A stretch of 64,000 nt of DNA from Anthoceros angustus (taxonomy: Eukaryota; Plantae; Anthocerotophyta), in contig MU008158.1 of assembly GCA_010909165.1 (NCBI GenBank), forward strand, positions 1,885,478-1,949,477, in the 5' to 3' direction. The notes beneath the pieces are model-generated. The model was not told the DNA's origin, made no database searches, and saw nothing but the letters and a program-made list of their open reading frames with translations. The position numbers and the translations under genes were made by a program. Each line of letters starts with the position of its first letter. The stretch's first letter is position 1. Positions 57,691 to 64,000 of the stretch are shown in pieces.

Positions 57691-60612
57691 TCATCTGTCC
57701 CGGTGAGACGAATCAAGATGTGGCACGTACCCTCTTTCTTTCATGCTGGGCACAAGCTGTTTAAGCCTTGCATATATAGCTTCACTCTCCGGATGCCTAT
57801 CGTCCCCAACCACAAACCTATGCACCAGCCCGTCCATGTCAGTCCACCAGCTCTGGCCTGGCTCCTTCCACGCACCAATTCCTATTCTCCTCTCCTGCAT
57901 CTCCTCTGCCTCCTCCCACATCTGAGAAGCTTTGTATATATTCGACATGAGCACATACGGTGCAGAATCCGTCTCGTTTAGCTTCAGTGCTTCATCAAAA
58001 GCAAGGCGTCCAACTTCCACGTCGCTCCATTTCTGGCAAGCACCCAATAGACTATACCAAACTGCACCATCAGGCTGTAGGGGCATTGTCTTCACCACCG
58101 TTAGTGCCTCGCCAAGGTGGCCTGCACGACCCAGCAGGTCCACCATGCATGAGTAGTGCTCCGTGGAAGGAGAGATTCCGTAGTGTCCGCTCATTGCCTC
58201 GAAGTACTCTCGCCCTCTGTTCACTAGACCAGCGTGACTGCATACTGTTAAAAGACTCAAGAATGTAACGCCATTTGGTTGTGTGCCATCCTCTCTCATC
58301 CTGTGAACCAAGTCGAACACCATCTCACTCTGTCCGTGACGAGCGTATCCTGCTATTAGCGCATTCCAGGCAATAACATCTCTTCCGGGCAATGTATCAA
58401 ACACTTGTTGTGCATCAGTCATGCTCGCAGACCTTGCATACATATTCATTAAACTCATGGCGACAAGAACATCAGCTTGAAGCCCTTGTTCTTCGATCTG
58501 CATATGAAGTTGCCTTCCCGCATGCAAAGCTGCCACACTTGCGCATGCTTGCAACAGAGACACAAATGTGACGGAATCAGGTGGAGCAAGGCCCTCCTGT
58601 TGCATAGAGCGGTAAAGACGAAGGGCTTCCTCACCCATGCCTTGCTGGGAATATCCTGATATCAGAGCTGTCCACGTTACCACATTTTTTTGAGGAAGAC
58701 TGTCAAACACAAATTGCGCATCCTGTAAGCAGCCACATTTAGCATACATTGTTACCAGGCTGGAGCCCAAAACTACGTCAACCTGAAGTCCTCGTTCTCC
58801 AATCTGTGCATGAAGCTGCTTCCCCTTCTCCAAAGCTTGGAGACCGACACTTGCACATGCCTGAAGGAGAGAAACAAATGTCACAGAATCGGGTGCAGCA
58901 ATGCCTTCATCTTGCATTGAGCTGTAAAGATTAAGGGCTTTCTCACCCATTCCCTGCCGGGAATATCCTGTTATCAGCGTGGTCCATGTTACCGCATCTT
59001 TCTGACGAAGTCCATCAAACACACTCTGAGCATCGTCTAGGCTGTCGCACTTCGCATACATGTCCATCAACTTGTTGGCTACAGACAGATCAGCTTCAAC
59101 TCCTCGTTCTCTTATCTGTGCATGAAGTTGCCTACCTAGATGCAAAGCTGCTACATCTGCACATGCTTGCAGGAGGCACACAAATGTCACAGTGTCGGGT
59201 GCAACGTTGCCATCTTCTTGCATTGTACTGTAGAGACGAAGGGCTTCATGACCCCTGCCCTGCTGGGCATATCCGGCTATTAAGGTGGTCCACGTAACCA
59301 CGTCTTTCTGACCAAGGCCGTCAAACACACTCTGAGCATCCTCCAGGCTGCCACACTTTGAGTACATGTGTACCAGGCCGCAACCTATAATGGCGTCAGC
59401 CTGCAGTTGTCGTTCTGTTATCTGTGCATGTAACTGCTTCCCCTTCTCCAAAGCCAGGGGACCCACATTTGAGCATGCCTGCAGGAGGCACACAAATGCC
59501 ACCGAATCTGGTGCATCAACTCCTTCCTCTTGCATGGCACTGTAGAGATCAAGGGCGTCTTGGCCCATGCCCTGCTGAGAATATCCCACTATCAGAGCAG
59601 TCCACGTTACCACATTCTTTTGAGGAAGTGTATTAAATACACTATGAGCATCCTGTAGGCTGCCACACTTTGCGTACATGTTTACCAGGCTGCAGCCTAC
59701 AACCACATCAACCTGAAGTCCTTGTTCTTCAATCTGTCTGTGAAGCTGCTTTCCCGTTTCCAGAGCGGGAATGCCCACACTTGCACATGCCTGTAGGAGG
59801 CACACAAATGTCACAGAATCAGGTGCAGCTATGCCTTCCTGCTCCATAACCCTGTAAAGACGAAGGGCTTCCTGACCATTGCCCTGCTGCGAATAAGCTG
59901 TTATCATGGCATTCCACGTTACCACATCTTTCTTGCTAAGGCCAGCAAACACTCTTTGAGCATCTTGCAAGCTGCCACATTTTGCATACATGTCAACCAA
60001 GCAACTACAAACAAACATATCAGGCTCGACACCGCTGGCCACCACATCAGCATGGACCTGCTGCCCACTTTTCAGGTCTAATCCCTTGGCACAGGCCCGC
60101 AGGGCAGCTACAAACACATGGCCATCTGGTTTTACACTTGACCTGCGCATCTCATGATACAGTAGTATGGCCTGCTTAGCTTGTCCAAGCTGAACATGCG
60201 CAGATAATATGGATGACCACATGAAGGCATCGGGTTGGGCAACTAAGGTAAACGCGTCCATCGCTTCTTGCAACCTGGAATGAGAGGCATACATTCGGAG
60301 GATGTGATTGCACAAGAAGGTATCCGACTCATACCCCTCTTTAACGGAGAGAGCATGAACACGGCGACCCAGAACCAGATCCTTCTTATCAACACAACTT
60401 TTTAGAACAGTGTAAAAGAGAGACCTGGAGACACGAAAGTCTGTCTGCACCAGAATGCCCAAAGCCTCAACGGCCTTATGGAGTTGCCCCTGCAGACATA
60501 GGCTGCTCACACTTACAGGCCTGCGACGGCCAGATTTGTCCAGCAAGCTCCACTGGAATGTAGAGGCAGTCGAACTCATCTGCATGTCCAGAGCAGCCAC
60601 CTGCGCAGCCAT
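57691..60612 (-). CDS. PLS-class PPR protein, E+ (truncated DYW:WW type), about 23 motifs
   Basis: L,S + 6 PLS + P2L2S2, E domains, WKEPGQSWWTDM..VHRFVVGD..GYVP; stops before HxE. A possible upstream exon lies at 60815-60946. Confidence 0.92.
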   Translation of the reverse strand: MAAQVAALDMQMSSTASTFQWSLLDKSGRRRPVSVSSLCLQGQLHKAVEALGILVQTDFRVSRSLFYTVLKSCVDKKDLVLGRRVHALSVKEGYESDTFLCNHILRMYASHSRLQEAMDAFTLVAQPDAFMWSSILSAHVQLGQAKQAILLYHEMRRSSVKPDGHVFVAALRACAKGLDLKSGQQVHADVVASGVEPDMFVCSCLVDMYAKCGSLQDAQRVFAGLSKKDVVTWNAMITAYSQQGNGQEALRLYRVMEQEGIAAPDSVTFVCLLQACASVGIPALETGKQLHRQIEEQGLQVDVVVGCSLVNMYAKCGSLQDAHSVFNTLPQKNVVTWTALIVGYSQQGMGQDALDLYSAMQEEGVDAPDSVAFVCLLQACSNVGPLALEKGKQLHAQITERQLQADAIIGCGLVHMYSKCGSLEDAQSVFDGLGQKDVVTWTTLIAGYAQQGRGHEALRLYSTMQEDGNVAPDTVTFVCLLQACADVAALHLGRQLHAQIRERGVEADLSVANKLMDMYAKCDSLDDAQSVFDGLRQKDAVTWTTLITGYSRQGMGEKALNLYSSMQDEGIAAPDSVTFVSLLQACASVGLQALEKGKQLHAQIGERGLQVDVVLGSSLVTMYAKCGCLQDAQFVFDSLPQKNVVTWTALISGYSQQGMGEEALRLYRSMQQEGLAPPDSVTFVSLLQACASVAALHAGRQLHMQIEEQGLQADVLVAMSLMNMYARSASMTDAQQVFDTLPGRDVIAWNALIAGYARHGQSEMVFDLVHRMREDGTQPNGVTFLSLLTVCSHAGLVNRGREYFEAMSGHYGISPSTEHYSCMVDLLGRAGHLGEALTVVKTMPLQPDGAVWYSLLGACQKWSDVEVGRLAFDEALKLNETDSAPYVLMSNIYKASQMWEEAEEMQERRIGIGAWKEPGQSWWTDMDGLVHRFVVGDDRHPESEAIYARLKQLVPSMKERGYVPHLDSSHRDR

Positions 60613-62331
60613 CCAAGCTGGCTTCCTCAAGCTGTTCAGCCAGGGGACATCGTGAGACTCCTTCTGGCGGCAATCAGGCCGATATGCAGGGTCCAGGAAA
60701 AACTGTCGCCACAAGGCCCCCTGGCCACGAGCCTCGCCAGAAGACCGTTTCCGGGTCACACAGACTGGGTATGCACCTTGCGGCTTCGCTTTCTACCAAT
60801 GGTTGACTCCTTACAGCCAGGTGGGCGGGAGCTCCCCCAAGATGACATGTTAACCCACCAATCTGTCGGGTCCAGAGAAATTCTGCCCACAACAGGTCCT
60901 GTCGGCCCCCTGCGCGTGCATCAGGTGCAATGCTACAGGCAGTCATGACTCACAGAGTAGACATTGGACGCATGTAGAATTTCATATACCGCACCCAACA
61001 TTACAGTCAAAGCTCCTCTTTTCCTCTCTCCCAACATCAGAGTCGGAGCTCTTCTTTCCATTCCGTCAACACCAATGCAATGATGGTCTGGTGTAGGAGG
61101 GCTCCTCCCGCATCACAGTGGTACACTTCCTCATTTTCGGGACTGGCTTTCTCTTCTCAAGTTTGTGCTCATAGCCAACCACAATCCTACGTCAATGAAC
61201 GAGCTCCCCTCTCTCCACCGGCAAACAGGTGATCGCAAACCTCCCAGGTGATATTCTGCCTTCTTAACATCACCAACAGATACCTGAGTGCAAATTCACC
61301 TACATTCCAGAAGTAACCTTGAGGAGGCAAACACCTCCAAGGCCTCTGTGGTGACAATTCCTAGCTCCCCTGCCACGCAGAAGGCTTCTAGACGCTGCAG
61401 ATGTCCCGGATGGCAGAACCAGGTTCCTCACATAAATCAAATACCAGGCTGATGTTTCCCAGATGACAAAGATGGAGACCATGACTTCCATGACAAAACG
61501 CCGTGGCGGAATACGCTAAGCCTCCTGCGCTCCCAAGGCAGGGAGAATTGGGGAGATCCCACTTCTAGCTGTATTGCCGGTAAATCAGACACAACATTCT
61601 GGGTCGGCTTGTGAGCTGTGTCCATTTTCTCATTTTGACAAGAGCCAGCCAAGCAGGAGAAAGGCTAGATTTCTTGAGTCACTTGCTTTGCAAACCAGAT
61701 GGAGCTCTCACCTACTGAGAGCTATCGGTCCGAGTGGGTGAAAAGCCGTGGAGGCAGTTTAGACTGCGGTTGGTAGTAAATTTTGGAGGTCTGCCGTCCA
61801 GAGACTGGATGGCTGTGACAACGGAGCTCGCAGACCAGTTTGTTTTGTGAAGGCCTGTGATGAAGTTAAATGCATGAATTGTTTACGTGGCGGAATTGTA
61901 AGGGGATTTCTCGGCTAGCCCACATAGCTTATCGCGCTATGGAGCAGATTGTGTGTTTAGGCTGCACTCCATAGTGCTCCTGCTAGTCATGGCTACCTGC
62001 AGCTTTACACTTGATTCTGGCGCAAGGGCACAGGATCTGTTGGGGGGGCAGTTTTTCTCGACGGGACAAATTGCTGGGCGAACACGTATCCTGGGAGGAG
62101 CTCCGACTTACCTGTCTTTAAGAAGTCAAGCCTTTGGCTGGAGAGAGGCCTTCCAGCGAGGGTCTCTTGAGTCGACGATTATTTCTGGACCCTACACTCT
62201 GGTGGGATAACAGGGAAGACGAGAACAATTCCCGTTCTCCTGAATTCCGGCACAAGGAATCTGACGAGGTCCTGTGGCTAAATAAGTTCAGCAAGCCAGA
62301 TTGAGTGGATGCCCAGTTGGCTGCTCTGGAC

Positions 62332-64000
62332 ATGCAGATGGGTCGCCCTGCCCCTCCATCGAACTGGAGTTTGCGGGCTGATCCTGAGCCTCTCAGGCCT
62401 GCAGGATACGAAAGGGATGTAACGGCGGAGACTGTAAGCAAGCTATGTGAACAGGGGCAGCTCAGTCAAGCTGTCGAGGCTCTGGGAGTTCTGGCGCAGA
62501 CGGATAGTCTTATTCCCAAAGCTCTCTTTCGCAGTGTCCTGAAACGCTGTGTGATGACGAAGGATCTGGTTCTGGGTCGCCGTGTCCATGCTCTCACCGT
62601 GACAAAGGGGTCCGAGTCGGACACGTTCCTGTGCAACCACATCCTGCGAATGTACGCCTCCCAGGCCAGATTGCAAGAAGCGATGGATGTGTTCACCGTT
62701 GAAAAGGCAGATGTTTACATGTGGTCTTCCATAATCTCGGCACATGCTCAGCATGGACAAGCCAAGCAGGCCATACAACTGTATCATCAGATGCGCAGCT
62801 CAAGTGTGAAGCCGGATGGCCATGTGTTTGTGGCAGCCCTACAGGCTTCTGCACGGGCAGCAGACTTGGAAACTGGGCAGCAGGTGCATGCTGATGTGTT
62901 GATCAGTGGGGTTGATTGTGATTTGTTTGTTTGTAGTTCCTTGGTGGACATGTATGCCAAGTGTGGCAGCTTGGAAGATGCCCAAAGAGTGTTTGACGGA
63001 CTTCCTGAAAAGAATGTAGTGACTTGGAATGCCATGATCTCAGGATATTCTCAGAAGGGCATGGGTGAAGAAGCCCTTCGTCTTTACAGTGCTATGCAAC
63101 AAGAAGGCATCGCTGCACCCGATAGAGTTACTTTTGTGGGCCTTCTGCAGGCTTGTGCAACTCTTGGTATTCCGGCTATGGAGCAGGGTGAGGAGCTTCA
63201 CAGGCAGATTGCAAGACGAGGACTTGCCGGTGATGTGGTTGTGGGCTGCAGCCTGGTAAACATGTATGCGAAGTGTGGCAAGATAGAGGTTGCTCAGAGG
63301 GTGTTTGACAAACTCCCGCAGAAAAATGTAGTTACCTGGAATGCCATGATAGCTGGATACTCCCAGCAGGGCATGGCTAAGCAAGCTTTTGATGTTTACA
63401 GTGCTATGCAAGAGGAAGGCATAGCTGCACCTAATTCCGTCACATTTTCGACCCTCCTCCAGGCATGTGCAAGCGTCGGTACCTCAGCTTTAGAGAAGGG
63501 GAAGCATGTTCATGCACAGATTAAAGGACAAGGGGTTCATGCTGATGTGTTTGTAGCCAACAGTTTGATAAACATGTATGCTAAATGCGGCAGCATAGAG
63601 GACGCCCAACTCGTGTTTGACAAACTTGGTCAGAAAGATGTCGTAACGTGGAATGCCATAATTGCTGGATATTCCCAACAGGGCATGGGCCAGGAAGCCC
63701 TTGGTGTCTACAGTGTTATGCAACAAGAAGGAATAGCTCAACCTGATTCTGTGACCTTTGTGAGCTTGCTGCAAGCATGTGCAAGTGTGGCAGCTTTAAA
63801 CGTGGGAAGGCAGCTTCATGCTCAGATTGAAGAAACAGGGCTTCTAGCTGATGAAGTTGTATCCATCAGTTTGATTAACATGTATGCAAAGTCGGGGAGC
63901 ATGGTGAATGCACAGCAGGTGTTTGATGCATTGCCAGAAAGAGAGGTCATCGCCTGGAATGCTCTGATAGCAGGATACACGCGACAAGGAGACAGTGATG
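62332..64000 (+). CDS. PLS-class PPR protein, paralog of the two - strand genes, runs off the window end
   Basis: Not in the ORF track because it has no stop in the window. Translated by hand from ATG 62332: MQMGRP..LCEQGQLSQAVEALGVL..DLVLGRRVHAL..TFLCNHILRMYAS, 4 PLS triplets, P2 beginning VIAWNALIAGY at about 63946. Frame checked at several MY motifs. Confidence 0.9.
   Translation, partial: MQMGRPAPPSNWSLRADPEPLRPAGYERDVTAETVSKLCEQGQLSQAVEALGVLAQTDSLIPKALFRSVLKRCVMTKDLVLGRRVHALTVTKGSESDTFLCNHILRMYASQARLQEAMDVFTVEKADVYMWSSIISAHAQHGQAKQAIQLYHQMRSSSVKPDGHVFVAALQASARAADLETGQQVHADVLISGVDCDLFVCSSLVDMYAKCGSLEDAQRVFDGLPEKNVVTWNAMISGYSQKGMGEEALRLYSAMQQEGIAAPDRVTFVGLLQACATLGIPAMEQGEELHRQIARRGLAGDVVVGCSLVNMYAKCGKIEVAQRVFDKLPQKNVVTWNAMIAGYSQQGMAKQAFDVYSAMQEEGIAAPNSVTFSTLLQACASVGTSALEKGKHVHAQIKGQGVHADVFVANSLINMYAKCGSIEDAQLVFDKLGQKDVVTWNAIIAGYSQQGMGQEALGVYSVMQQEGIAQPDSVTFVSLLQACASVAALNVGRQLHAQIEETGLLADEVVSISLINMYAKSGSMVNAQQVFDALPEREVIAWNALIAGYTRQGDSD

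Noticed and set aside
54940-57860. PPR genes as U-to-C (DYW:KP) editing factors
   Set aside because: They have PG boxes (PGQSWW, PGWSR) rather than the KP signature, and no catalytic domain lies within the frames.
60950-61950. Possible coding remnant between the divergent PPR genes
   Set aside because: Only short ORFs with no recognisable motif.

Overview
Eukaryotic nuclear DNA from a non-seed land plant. Hornwort-like origin is an inference from the short GT-AG introns and the tandem PLS-class PPR genes with a PGxSWW box. Host genes: an intact multi-exon UPF2 (5647-10675, -), a polyQ-rich MED15/NRB4-like gene (37561-42819, -) with partial tandem duplicates upstream, and a cluster of four PLS-E+ PPR RNA-editing-factor genes (51.7 kb to the window end). 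The rest is mostly transposable elements: a deleted chromovirus (0.8-4.6 kb), a nested island between UPF2 and MED15 (11.2-36.9 kb), a Copia remnant and a CRE-like non-LTR element. The main observation is a Ty3/gypsy retrotransposon (about 11.2-26.6 kb, -) whose polyprotein carries a C5 cytosine DNA methyltransferase domain (motifs I, IV with catalytic Cys, VI, VIII, IX, X) between the protease and the RT. That domain is split in motif X by a 3.65-kb TG...CA element with a 5-bp TSD. This element looks like a solo LTR yet carries its own conserved ORF, and it occurs a second time inside a MULE. TE regions are indel-rich and contain tandem duplications that may be long-read assembly noise, so TE coordinates are approximate.
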